From Pirellulales bacterium (GTDB lineage: Bacteria > Planctomycetota > Planctomycetia > Pirellulales > PALSA-1355), in NCBI GenBank assembly GCA_963733035.1, contig CAVTBU010000005.1:2144001-2208000 (forward strand): DNA of 64,000 bases. The letters are read 5' to 3'. The notes beneath the pieces are model-generated. The model was not told where the DNA came from. It was given only the letters and a program-made list of their open reading frames with translations, and searched no databases. The stretch's first letter is position 1. Each line of letters starts with the position of its first letter. Shown here in pieces: positions 1 to 9,163 of the stretch. The position numbers and the translations under genes are program-made.

Positions 1-2
1 AA

Positions 3-1190
3 ATGGTGGCGGCCTACGGCCGGCACGTCGGGCGGATGCTCCCCCGCGATCGCTGGCTGTCGATCAGCCGCCGCGACATCGATGCCCCCCAGTTTCGCAT
101 CACCCGCTACAGCGGCTGGACCGAGGCCATCAATCCCTGGAAGGAGCAAGACCGCCTGCCGGTGCTCGCCGGCGGAATTCTCGGCGAGCTGCTCTATTCG
201 GGTGAGCCGCGGATCATCGACGACCTGCAGCTTGACGACGATGATCCGGCCGTCGAGTTTCTTGCCGGACAGCGTTCGCTAATGGCCATTCCCATGCTCG
301 ACCAGGGCGAAGCGCTCAACATGGTTGTCAGCACGCTCGGCCGGCCTGCGGCGTTCGACAAGGAGCGGTTTCCGGAGATCGTGTGGACGGCGATTCTTTT
401 CGGCCGCTCGACGCACAACCTCGTGTTGGCCGACCAGGTACGCACCGCCTACAACATCGTCGATCGCGAGCTGCAAGCGGTCGGCAACATTCAGCGTTCG
501 CTACTGCCGTCGGTCGTGCCCGACATTCCGACCATGACACTGGCGGTTGACTATCACACCTCGCAGCGGGCCGGCGGTGACTACTACGATTTCTTTCCAC
601 TGCCTGATGGCCGGTGGGGAATTCTAATTGCCGATGTCAGCGGCCACGGCACGCCGGCCGCCGTAATGATGGCCGTCACGCATAGTATCGCACACATGTA
701 CCCAGGCACTTCGGCGCCGCCAAGCGACATGCTCAACTTCGTCAATTGCCATTTGAGCCGGCGGTATACCGACAACGTCGGCTCGTTCGTCACTGCGTTC
801 TATGCGATCTACGATCCGCTGTCTCGCCAGCTGACCTACTCGTCGGCGGGCCACAATCCACCCCGTGTGCGGCGCTGCGCCACGGGCGAGATCCTCGCGC
901 TCGACGGTGCTCGCTCGTTTCCGCTCGGCATCACGCCCGAAGTTCACAACGAAGATGCAATCATCCAGCTTCTGCCGGGCGATCAATTGCTCTTCTACAC
1001 CGACGGCATTACCGAGGCGACCGGTCCCGACGGCGCCATGTTCGGGGTAGCGCGTCTCGACGGAATACTGGCCCGCTGCCGTCACGACGCCGACGAAATC
1101 AAAACGGCCATCGTCGCGGCAGTCGAAGATTTCACGGCCGGTGCCCCCGCCACCGACGACCGCACCATCGTCGCGGCAAAGATTCTATAG
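3..1190 (+). CDS. GAF + PP2C/SpoIIE (RsbU-like) serine phosphatase, possibly 5'-truncated by the window edge
   Basis: PP2C motifs GGDYYD, IADVSGHG, SAGHNPP, YTDGITEA, DDRT; N-terminal GAF-like segment (RSLMAIPM). Confidence 0.9.
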   Translation: MVAAYGRHVGRMLPRDRWLSISRRDIDAPQFRITRYSGWTEAINPWKEQDRLPVLAGGILGELLYSGEPRIIDDLQLDDDDPAVEFLAGQRSLMAIPMLDQGEALNMVVSTLGRPAAFDKERFPEIVWTAILFGRSTHNLVLADQVRTAYNIVDRELQAVGNIQRSLLPSVVPDIPTMTLAVDYHTSQRAGGDYYDFFPLPDGRWGILIADVSGHGTPAAVMMAVTHSIAHMYPGTSAPPSDMLNFVNCHLSRRYTDNVGSFVTAFYAIYDPLSRQLTYSSAGHNPPRVRRCATGEILALDGARSFPLGITPEVHNEDAIIQLLPGDQLLFYTDGITEATGPDGAMFGVARLDGILARCRHDADEIKTAIVAAVEDFTAGAPATDDRTIVAAKIL

Positions 1191-1307
1191 GTCTGCCGCT
1201 CGGTATTCGTTTTCGGCAATCACTGGTCGGGGATCGCGCATTTCGACCCCGCGGCCGCTACAATGCCGGCGTGTCATTGTTAAGATTTCGCCAGGGGGAC
1301 CATCACG

Positions 1308-1796
1308 ATGCTCGATCAACTACCTGCGCTGCACGAGTTTCAGCTTCGCTATATTCAAATGCTCGCCGCCGATCTCGACGATGATGATTTGGGCGTGGCG
1401 CCGTTTTCGGGGGCGAATCCCGCCGTCTGGATCCTGGGACATCTGGCCGTGGCCACCGACTATGCAGCCCGCATGCTCGGCCAAAAGCCCGAGTGCCCGC
1501 GCGAGTGGCACAAGTATTTCGCGCCCGGCAGCAATCCTGCGGAGGTGCCGCTGCCGTATCCCACCAAGGCCGAGTTACTGGCAGCCATTGAGAACGGCCA
1601 CCGCCGCTGTGCCGCCGCCCTGGCCGCGGTCGACAAGGAAATGCTCAACCAGCCCCACAGCGTCGAGTTGCTAAAGCCTACCGCGCTGAAAACCAACGCC
1701 GATGTCCTCTGCCACCTGATGGCGACCCACCCAGCGTTCCACGTATCGCAGCTCTCTGCGTGCCGACGGAAGAAAGGGAAGGGGCCGGTGGTGTGA
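1308..1796 (+). CDS. DinB family protein
   Basis: N-x-x-x-W-ILGHLA and H-x-x-x-H (HPAFH) motifs; 162 aa; purine-rich RBS upstream. Confidence 0.8.
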   Translation: MLDQLPALHEFQLRYIQMLAADLDDDDLGVAPFSGANPAVWILGHLAVATDYAARMLGQKPECPREWHKYFAPGSNPAEVPLPYPTKAELLAAIENGHRRCAAALAAVDKEMLNQPHSVELLKPTALKTNADVLCHLMATHPAFHVSQLSACRRKKGKGPVV

Positions 1797-2017
1797 CAGA
1801 GTCGAGCGAGGTGATCGTGCGGTGCGGCTCATCGCGCTCGCGTTAGCTTGCTAGCGTGACAGCCTCGCCAGGGATTTCCCTGCGCCGAAGGGCTTTCGAC
1901 TCGTTCGCCTTCAACCGGTCTTGTTCCTTTTCCCCGTCTCGCGTTACACTGCCGGCCCTTCACTGAAATAGGCTCATTGCCGGCAGCTTCTTCTTGCGAC
2001 GGAAAGGATTCCGGGCC

Positions 2018-3097
2018 ATGCCGACGACTCTTGCGGCACTTGCGCAGCTGGTGGGTGGCGATCTGGTGGGCGACGGTTCGGTCGAGATCGCCGGCGCGGC
2101 CACTTTGTTGGATGCCGGTCGCGAAGACATCACGCTCGTCGATAAGTGCGAAAAAGCGGGCTCGCTGGCGTCAAACTGCGCTCGGGCGGCCGTCGTGCCG
2201 GTTGGTTTTCCGCTGGAAGGCCTCTTGATGCCGGTCATCGTCGCCGACGACGTTCACAAGGCATTCACCACGTTGGTCACGCATTTTCGGCCACCGCGAC
2301 CCGAGCTGCGGACTGGCATCGCCCCCGGGGCAAACGTGCATCCCACGGCCAAGCTGGGGCAGGACGTCGACGTGCACGCCGGCGCCACGATCGGTGCCGA
2401 CGTCGTCGTTGGCAGCGGCTCGACGATTCATGCCGGGGCCCGTGTCATGGCCGGTTGCCAGTTGGGCCAGCGAGTAACGATTCATCCCAATGCGGTACTA
2501 TACCAACGGACCCAAGTTGGCGACCGAAGCACAATTCACGCCAACGTGGTGCTCGGCTGCCACGGCTTCGGCTACCGCGTGTTCGAGGGAAGCAACCTGC
2601 CCAGTGCCCAATTGGGTTGGGTCGAGGTAGGCTGCGATTGCGAAATTGGCTCCTGCAGCACCGTCGACCGCGGCACTTATGGCCCCACGATCATCGGCGA
2701 TGGCACCAAGCTCGATAACCTGGTAATGATCGCCCACAATTGCCGCATCGGCCGCCACAACATGATCTGCTCGCAAGTCGGCGTGGCCGGCAGCACAACC
2801 ACGGGCGACTACGTGGTGATGGCCGGCCAGGTTGGCGTGCGCGATCACGTGCACATCGGCGAGCAAGCGATTCTGGCCGCCAAGGCCGGCGTCAGTTCCG
2901 ATGTGCCGGCCGGCGCCCATATGCTTGGCATCCCCGCCATTCGCGAACGGGAACAAAAAATTCAGTTTGCCGCCATGAGCAAGCTACCTGAAATGCGCCG
3001 GCAACTCCGACGTCTGCAGCGGATGGTTGAGGAGCTCGTCGAACAGCAACAACCAGCGGCGCAGAATCACATCAAGCCAACCAACCATGCCGCCTAG
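2018..3097 (+). CDS. lpxD: UDP-3-O-(3-hydroxyacyl)glucosamine N-acyltransferase
   Basis: Hexapeptide repeats, GFGY, VDRGT, KLDNLVMIAHN; start moved to ATG 2018 after AAAGGA. Confidence 0.93.
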   Translation: MPTTLAALAQLVGGDLVGDGSVEIAGAATLLDAGREDITLVDKCEKAGSLASNCARAAVVPVGFPLEGLLMPVIVADDVHKAFTTLVTHFRPPRPELRTGIAPGANVHPTAKLGQDVDVHAGATIGADVVVGSGSTIHAGARVMAGCQLGQRVTIHPNAVLYQRTQVGDRSTIHANVVLGCHGFGYRVFEGSNLPSAQLGWVEVGCDCEIGSCSTVDRGTYGPTIIGDGTKLDNLVMIAHNCRIGRHNMICSQVGVAGSTTTGDYVVMAGQVGVRDHVHIGEQAILAAKAGVSSDVPAGAHMLGIPAIREREQKIQFAAMSKLPEMRRQLRRLQRMVEELVEQQQPAAQNHIKPTNHAA

Positions 3098-3148
3098 ACC
3101 GTTCACGGTGGGGCGTCACTCGCTACTTGTCGCCAGCCGTATGCATCC

Positions 3149-4087
3149 ATGCCTTCCGACCAAGAGATGCCAAGTTCCCAGGACCAAGCCGTGCCACGCG
3201 CAGTTTTGCCCGCCAAGGTAGGTCTGATCGCCGGCTGGGGACGCTACCCGCTTGTCGTGGCCGAGGCGCTCAACCGGCAAGGCGCTGAAGTCTATGGGCT
3301 GGGCATTCGCGATCACGCCGATCCGGTGTTGGCCAATTACTGTCAGGCGTTCGACTGGATTGGCCTCGGGCAGATCGGCAAAGTCATGCGATTCTTTCGT
3401 CGCCACGGCGTGTCCGAAGTGACCATGGCCGGCAAAGTGCACAAAGTGCGGCTGTTCGAGCGCTGGGCCTGGCTGCACCATCTGCCGGATTTGCGCGGCG
3501 TGCTGACGTATTATCCCCACTTCGTCAGCCGCAAAAAGACCACGCAGGACGACAGCCTGCTGGGCACGATCGTCGAGAGTTTCGGCCGCCGCGGCATCAC
3601 AATGCGGCCGGCCACGGATTTCGTCCCGGAGTTGCTCGTGAAACTCGCCTGTCTGACGGCGCCGCGGCCAACTGCCGCCCAACAACAAGACATCGAATTC
3701 GGCTGGAAGCTGGCCCGCGAGATGGGTCGGCTCGACGTCGGTCAAAGCGTGGCCGTCAAAAATCGCTCGCCGCTGGCCATTGAAGCCATCGAAGGCACCG
3801 ACGAGTGCATTCGTCGCGCTGGTGCGTTGTGCGGGGCAGGAGGGTTTACCGTGGTCAAGGTGGCCAAACCGCAACAGGACATGCGATTCGACGTTCCGAC
3901 GATCGGGATGGGTACGCTGGAAACACTGGCCCGATCCGGCGGCCAGGTGCTGGCCATCGAAGCCGGCCGGACGATCATCATCGACGAAGCCGAAGTGGTC
4001 GAGTTCGCTAACCGCCAAAAACTAATCGTGGTTGCGCTCGACGAGGCGGGGCAGGGGATCGACGTTCGCGGCAGGTTAGCCGGCTAG
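3149..4087 (+). CDS. lpxI: UDP-2,3-diacylglucosamine diphosphatase LpxI
   Basis: GLIAGWG-x-YP, DVGQSV, EAIEGTD, KVAKPQQDMRFDVPTIG; follows lpxD. Confidence 0.92.
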   Translation: MPSDQEMPSSQDQAVPRAVLPAKVGLIAGWGRYPLVVAEALNRQGAEVYGLGIRDHADPVLANYCQAFDWIGLGQIGKVMRFFRRHGVSEVTMAGKVHKVRLFERWAWLHHLPDLRGVLTYYPHFVSRKKTTQDDSLLGTIVESFGRRGITMRPATDFVPELLVKLACLTAPRPTAAQQQDIEFGWKLAREMGRLDVGQSVAVKNRSPLAIEAIEGTDECIRRAGALCGAGGFTVVKVAKPQQDMRFDVPTIGMGTLETLARSGGQVLAIEAGRTIIIDEAEVVEFANRQKLIVVALDEAGQGIDVRGRLAG

Positions 4088-4198
4088 TGGAAGCAGTCGC
4101 CAAAAAAGGTTCAGATCCACGAACAACATCGCGACGTGCGACGTCAGCGTCGTTCACGCCGGACTGATGCTGAACAGAAACAAGCAGGAGGTCACCGA

Positions 4199-4783
4199 AT
4201 GCGTCCGGTCACCACAGTCATCACAAGACCAGCCAGTTGGTTGATTGTGGGGTTCTTCTTCGCACAGTCTACGCTAGCGACGGCCGCGCCGCCCAAGGAA
4301 CCAATTTCTGGCAGTCGCCCGGCTGCTCGCCCAGGGAGCCTATCGCGAGAAAACATTGCCAGCTCAAGCGACGACTTTCGCCGCTGTCTGGAGGCGGCCC
4401 GCGAGGTGGAGGCCGCCCGACGGGGCTATGCCGAAGGGACCGTTACGCTTGCTGCTCTGCTCAAGTCGCAACAAGCGCTAACCGCGGCACAAATCAAGTA
4501 CTCGACGACGGCGACCAACGTTCGCGGCAATCCGGCCCTGCGCGATTATCTCGCCCGGCGCGGCGAAGTCGCGGCCTTGACGCGTGGCCTGTCGGAGGCC
4601 CGGCATCTGCTAGGCGAAGTTCCCTCGAACGAGCAGGAGCAAGTGCGCCAGGAAGTAACGCGCTACATCGAGGCCCTGAAGCTGGCTCAACAGGAGCTGG
4701 CTCAAGCGGAAAAAGCCTGGAAGACCGCCGATCGTGCCAAGCAGTTTCGCTACTTGAACCGCCGGGCGTTGAGTCCGCGGTGA
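4199..4783 (+). CDS. Hypothetical exported helical protein
   Basis: AGGAGG RBS before ATG 4199; signal-peptide-like N-terminus (...STLATA); helical/coiled-coil composition. Confidence 0.55.
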   Translation: MRPVTTVITRPASWLIVGFFFAQSTLATAAPPKEPISGSRPAARPGSLSRENIASSSDDFRRCLEAAREVEAARRGYAEGTVTLAALLKSQQALTAAQIKYSTTATNVRGNPALRDYLARRGEVAALTRGLSEARHLLGEVPSNEQEQVRQEVTRYIEALKLAQQELAQAEKAWKTADRAKQFRYLNRRALSPR

Positions 4784-4936
4784 GCGTCGGCGGCTGCCCG
4801 GCCGCTCCGGCAGCACCCCTCGTCTTACGACCGACGTTTGCTAGGATTACCGTAGTTGCCGGTCTCTTCTTCCGGCCGACGGCCACCGTGCGGGTGGCCC
4901 CGGTTCTGTCAGGAAGTTCTCGTTGGTGGTGCCGCC

Positions 4937-5596
4937 TTGAAGATTGTCCAGTATCCACATCCCACGCTTCGCCACGTCTCCAAGCCTCTCAAGCGAGTGG
5001 ATCAGGAGTTGCACGGCATGGTACGCGAGATGTTCGACCTGATGTATGAGGCCAACGGCATCGGGCTGGCGGCCAACCAGGTGGATCTGCCCTACAGGCT
5101 GTTTGTGCTCAATCTGAAGAGCGACCCGGACGCCAGGGAGGAAGAGCGCGTTTTCCTCAATCCGGTGTTGACCAGCCGCAAGGGGACGGCCGAAGGAGAA
5201 GAAGGCTGCCTGAGTATTCCCGGGTTGTATGCCGACGTCAAACGGCCCGAGCGAGTCGTGCTCAATGCCTACAACCTCGCGGGCGAAGAAGTAAACCTGG
5301 AGCTCGACGGACTGTTTGCCCGCGCGGTGCAACACGAGATCGACCATTTGGACGGCGTGCTGTTCATCGATCGGCTCAGTCCTACCGGCGCGATCGAACT
5401 GCGCGAGGCGCTGGCTGATTTCGAGGCCGAGTTCGCCGGCCAGCGCGAGCGCGGCGAGGTTCCCGGCGACGAAGCGATCGCCCAACGGCTGGCCGAACTC
5501 GAGCAGTTGCGCACTCAGCGCTCAAAAGTCCAGGAACGGAGCCGGCACCAAAAAGGCGTGCTGCTCGTACAGGCTAAAGTGGCCGTACCACGATAG
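4937..5596 (+). CDS. def: Peptide deformylase (C-terminus runs into the convergent gene)
   Basis: GIGLAANQ, EGCLS, QHEIDHLDG; TTG start at 4937 (LKIVQYP). Confidence 0.93.
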   Translation: MKIVQYPHPTLRHVSKPLKRVDQELHGMVREMFDLMYEANGIGLAANQVDLPYRLFVLNLKSDPDAREEERVFLNPVLTSRKGTAEGEEGCLSIPGLYADVKRPERVVLNAYNLAGEEVNLELDGLFARAVQHEIDHLDGVLFIDRLSPTGAIELREALADFEAEFAGQRERGEVPGDEAIAQRLAELEQLRTQRSKVQERSRHQKGVLLVQAKVAVPR

Positions 5597-6696
5597 GTAC
5601 TGCGTGAAATAGACAACGATCACGTAGATGGCCACCAACGGAATCATCGCCAGCCGACTGGCCCAGCGGAAGAACCAATGCCGCGGTTGCATGCGAAGAT
5701 ATGAGCGGCCCATGGCCCACCCGGCCAGCAGTCGTGCTGGAAAAATCGACACCACGAACAACAGGCTCGGCAGCCAGGCCGCTTCGCGCGGCACAATCTC
5801 AATCTTGAGCAAATAAAGAGGCAGTGCGAGCGCCAGCGTAAAGACCAGCGCAATCCACCAGGCGACCGGAGCGCGAGCAAACGCACGGCGAACCTCGCGC
5901 ACCTCAAATAGGGCTCGAAAGCGGTTCTCGACCGCAAACCACGCTTGAAGAAACGGAAGATGCGCGAGCACGATGGCCAGCAGCAGTCCGCCGAGCAAAC
6001 CAACGACCGTTCCCAACGCAGGTTTCAGGAGCGACGCGGTCGCCAACATCGTCACAGGCACAACGAGCCAGCAGAGAGCGCCGGTGAAGCCCCGCGCACG
6101 AGCCAGGCGTAGTACGGGAGCCGAAGACCGACCACAAACTCCCACACCGCATCGCGCGACTCGGAGTATGCACCGGTTCGCATTGCTAACCGAAGCGAGT
6201 GCCAGGGACGAGGCAATAGAAAGTGCTGCAGCTTGGCACCACGCAAACAACCGGTGACGATTTGAAATAGCACGCCGGCAGCGATCATGGCCACGGCCAC
6301 GTTCCAACCGATGGTAGCCCGGCTGTGCGGATCGATTAGTTGCGAGGAGAATCGTAGCGACGAAGCGATCCACAGCGGTGTCATCAACAGGGCGATGCCC
6401 AGCGCGATTTGTCCCAGCCGGGCCGCCTTTCGAATGCCGACAAAACCGTCGCGCAATCGTCCCGTGCGTCCGACGCGGCCGCTCACTTCGAGCAGGTAGC
6501 CAAGGCTCAGCAATTGTGCTAGCGGAATCGTGGCCAGCACGGCCAGCCCTACCATAAGCGTCAGCGCACCGAACCACCAATCGAGGACCCGCCCGACCAG
6601 TCGTAGCGGCGAGACGATCAGACCCCGCCATGCGAAGGACGCATCGACCGGCCGCGAGTCGCGCGATTCATCAAGGGTTAAGCCATCGACGCCCAT
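5522..6696 (-). CDS. Multi-pass membrane protein split by a 1-nt frameshift near 6100
   Basis: Two overlapping hydrophobic ORFs (6052-6813, 5522-6631) join as ...PYYAWL-G-ARGFTGALCW if one G is added; GAGGAA RBS before ATG 6696. Confidence 0.65.
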
Positions 6697-6807
6697 GGTC
6701 GATTCCTCGAATTCGTCCGGCTGGGGGCAGCACTCGCAATTCATTATAGTGGCTGGCCGGAGCCATGGACCCCGGTTAGAACCACTAGCCCCAGCGTGTA
6801 TTCGACC

Positions 6808-7137
6808 ATGCAATATGCATATTTGCTGCTCGCCGTCGCCGCGGAAGTTGTCGCCACCAGCGCCCTGAAGGCGGCGAACGGATTCACTCGCCCGCTACCA
6901 TCGCTGATTGTGGTGTTGGGGTATGGCGCCGCGTTTTATCTGCTGAGCCTGATCGTGCAAAGCATGCCCCTGGGAATCGTGTACGCGATCTGGTCCGGCA
7001 CCGGCATCGTGCTGGTGGCGGTCGTCGGCGCGGTATGGCTGAAGCAGATTCCCGACTGGCCGGCCGTCGTAGGCATGACCCTCATTTTGGCAGGCGTGAT
7101 CATCGTCAACTTGTTTTCCAAGACAGTCGCACACTAA
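6808..7137 (+). CDS. SMR family small multidrug efflux transporter (EmrE/QacE-like)
   Basis: ~109 aa, 4 TM, EVVATSALK with conserved Glu, YAIWSG. Confidence 0.9.
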   Translation: MQYAYLLLAVAAEVVATSALKAANGFTRPLPSLIVVLGYGAAFYLLSLIVQSMPLGIVYAIWSGTGIVLVAVVGAVWLKQIPDWPAVVGMTLILAGVIIVNLFSKTVAH

Positions 7138-7150
7138 CGTTGCGTTAGTG
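7132..7150 (+). terminator. Hairpin overlapping the SMR stop codon
   Basis: CACTAACG-TTG-CGTTAGTG; no U-tract. Confidence 0.35.
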
Positions 7151-7233
7151 CGCACGTCCGGCCACCCGCTTGCATGAACGAAACAGGGTCATGGCATCAG
7201 CGGGAATGATTCGTCTACCCAGACTGTAGAAAT

Positions 7234-7257
7234 ATTGCGCGTGCTCGCACGCGCAAT
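7234..7257. promoter_or_regulatory. Perfect 11-bp inverted repeat (operator-like) upstream of the DUF6065-like fusion gene
   Basis: ATTGCGCGTGC-TC-GCACGCGCAAT. Confidence 0.45.
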
Positions 7258-7340
7258 CGGTGCTAGTCCGCGCATTCCGTTGGTCCGCCTGCACCCGCGA
7301 GGATAGTATTCAGCCTCGCGGAGAGAGTTGCAGGCATCTA

Positions 7341-9035
7341 GTGAAACTGACTTGTTATCCTGTCGAATCCCATCCTCCCAGGCTGGCCCCTGCGCGGCGC
7401 GATCGCGCCTGGATGGATGCGTTGCCCAACGCCAACCGCTGCCTGCCGTTGTCGATTGCCAACTCGTATGGCTGGGAATTGCTCGCACCGGCTTCATTCT
7501 CGGTGCATTGGAATGGCGGCCCCGGTACTGACGACATTCGCATTCACACTCACGGCGACGACCCCATCGAGGGCTTCGCCCAATCGAACTTTGCCGGCGG
7601 CATCGTTACCTTTCATACCGGCTACATTTTTCGGACCGATCCCGGTTGGAACCTGATGGTCACCGGACCACTGAACGAGCCGAAGGACGGTGTTAGCCCG
7701 CTGTCGGGCGTCGTCGAAACCGACTGGCTGCCGTATCCGTTCACGATGAATTGGCAGTTCACGCGCCCGGGCATCGTGCGCTTCGAAAAGGACGAGCCGT
7801 TTTGCCGTATCCTTCCGGTGGTGGGCAAAGCCATCGAAGACGTGCGGCCCGAAATCCATTTGCTTGAATCCGACCTGGAACTCGCCGGCCAGTTTCGCGA
7901 GTGGCGCGAGCGCCGCGACATGTTTCGCGTCAACGTTCGCTCGGGCCATCAGCCCACGATTCGCGAGCGGTGGCAGAAATACTATTTCAAAGGCGAACTG
8001 GCCGACGGACAAGGCGCCGCCGTGCCGCATCACGTACAAAAGCTGCGGCTCGCCGAGCCGATTGATTTGCGGCCCAAAACGCCGGCCGCCAGTCGAGCCC
8101 CAGAACCCAGCGTCAACGTGGCCGATCTGCCTTGCTCGGAAGGCATGATTCCGGTCGCTGGCGGTCGCATCTGGTATCGCACGTTCGGTGCCGTCGGCGA
8201 CACACCACTGTTGATCGTCAACGGCGGCCCCGGACTATCGCACGACTATCTGGACGGTCTTGCCGCGTTGGCCAACGAGCGCCAGGTCGTGCTGTTCGAC
8301 CAGCTTGGCTGTGGCCGTTCGGATCGGCCGACCGACGAAGGCCTATGGAGCGTCGGCAAGCTCGTCGACGATATCGGCCAGGTGCGCCGCGCGCTGGGTC
8401 TCGACCGCGTGCATCTGCTGGGCCATTCGACCGGCGCGCTACTGGCCGTCGAACACGCCCTGAACGAGCCGGCCGGTGTTGCCAGCTTGACGCTGGCAAG
8501 TCCCTGCTTGAGCATGCCCCGCACGATGTCGGACTTTGATCGACTGCGCGATCAGTTTCCGGCCGACTTTCAGATGATCTTCGCCCGCGCGCAATCGGAT
8601 CCTTCGATCAACGGCGCCAATCATCAGGCCGCCGTGCGTACCTACTATCGCCGGCATTTTTGTCGCTTGCAGCCCTGGCCCGAATCGCTGGTGCGGGCGT
8701 TCACCGGAATGGGTGGGCACATGAACGCCGCGCTGTGGGGCCCGCGCCCACTGGCCTGCACCGGCACGCTACGCACCTACGAGATCGGCGGCCGATTGGC
8801 CGACCTCGATGTCCCCACGCTGTTCACCTGCGGCCGGCACGACTTCGCGACGCCGGAGGCCACCGGCGACTTCCAGCAGCAGGTCGCCCATGCGCAACTG
8901 GCCGTCTTCGAGCACAGTTCGCACACGCCCCACCTCGAAGAACCCGGCGCCTACCTCTCGACCCTGCGGGCGTTTCTAGTCGAAAGCGAATCGCAATCGA
9001 TTGTCGCCGAAGGCGTTGCTAGTATCGGCGACTAG
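7341..9035 (+). CDS. DUF6065-like domain fused to a proline iminopeptidase-type alpha/beta hydrolase
   Basis: N-half RCLPLSIANSYGW, G(V)VETDWLPYPFTMNW, WQKYYFKG; Pro-rich linker; C-half GGPG, DQLGCGRS, GHSTG, GRHD, SSHTPHLEEP. Confidence 0.8.
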   Translation: MKLTCYPVESHPPRLAPARRDRAWMDALPNANRCLPLSIANSYGWELLAPASFSVHWNGGPGTDDIRIHTHGDDPIEGFAQSNFAGGIVTFHTGYIFRTDPGWNLMVTGPLNEPKDGVSPLSGVVETDWLPYPFTMNWQFTRPGIVRFEKDEPFCRILPVVGKAIEDVRPEIHLLESDLELAGQFREWRERRDMFRVNVRSGHQPTIRERWQKYYFKGELADGQGAAVPHHVQKLRLAEPIDLRPKTPAASRAPEPSVNVADLPCSEGMIPVAGGRIWYRTFGAVGDTPLLIVNGGPGLSHDYLDGLAALANERQVVLFDQLGCGRSDRPTDEGLWSVGKLVDDIGQVRRALGLDRVHLLGHSTGALLAVEHALNEPAGVASLTLASPCLSMPRTMSDFDRLRDQFPADFQMIFARAQSDPSINGANHQAAVRTYYRRHFCRLQPWPESLVRAFTGMGGHMNAALWGPRPLACTGTLRTYEIGGRLADLDVPTLFTCGRHDFATPEATGDFQQQVAHAQLAVFEHSSHTPHLEEPGAYLSTLRAFLVESESQSIVAEGVASIGD

Positions 9036-9092
9036 CCGAGTCCCCAGTCGGTGATCTTTTTTTGCCGGATAGACTGGCCCACTCCCCTACTT

Positions 9093-9121
9093 TTGCCATC
9101 GGACGTCGACCGTGATAGGCT
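9093..9121 (+). promoter_or_regulatory. sigma-70-type promoter candidate for uvrA
   Basis: TTGCCA-N17-TAGGCT with TGn extension. Confidence 0.45.
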
Positions 9122-9163
9122 TTTAGGTTGGCCTACTATCGAAACTAGCCAGCCTGGCACTCC

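Noticed and set aside
6700..6807. Guanidine riboswitch before the SMR gene
   Set aside because: No twin ACGR hairpins or ykkC features; the protein looks EmrE/Qac-like, not Gdx-like
9036..9163. LexA/SOS box upstream of uvrA
   Set aside because: No match to the LexA dyads I know; only a weak imperfect inverted repeat around the promoter
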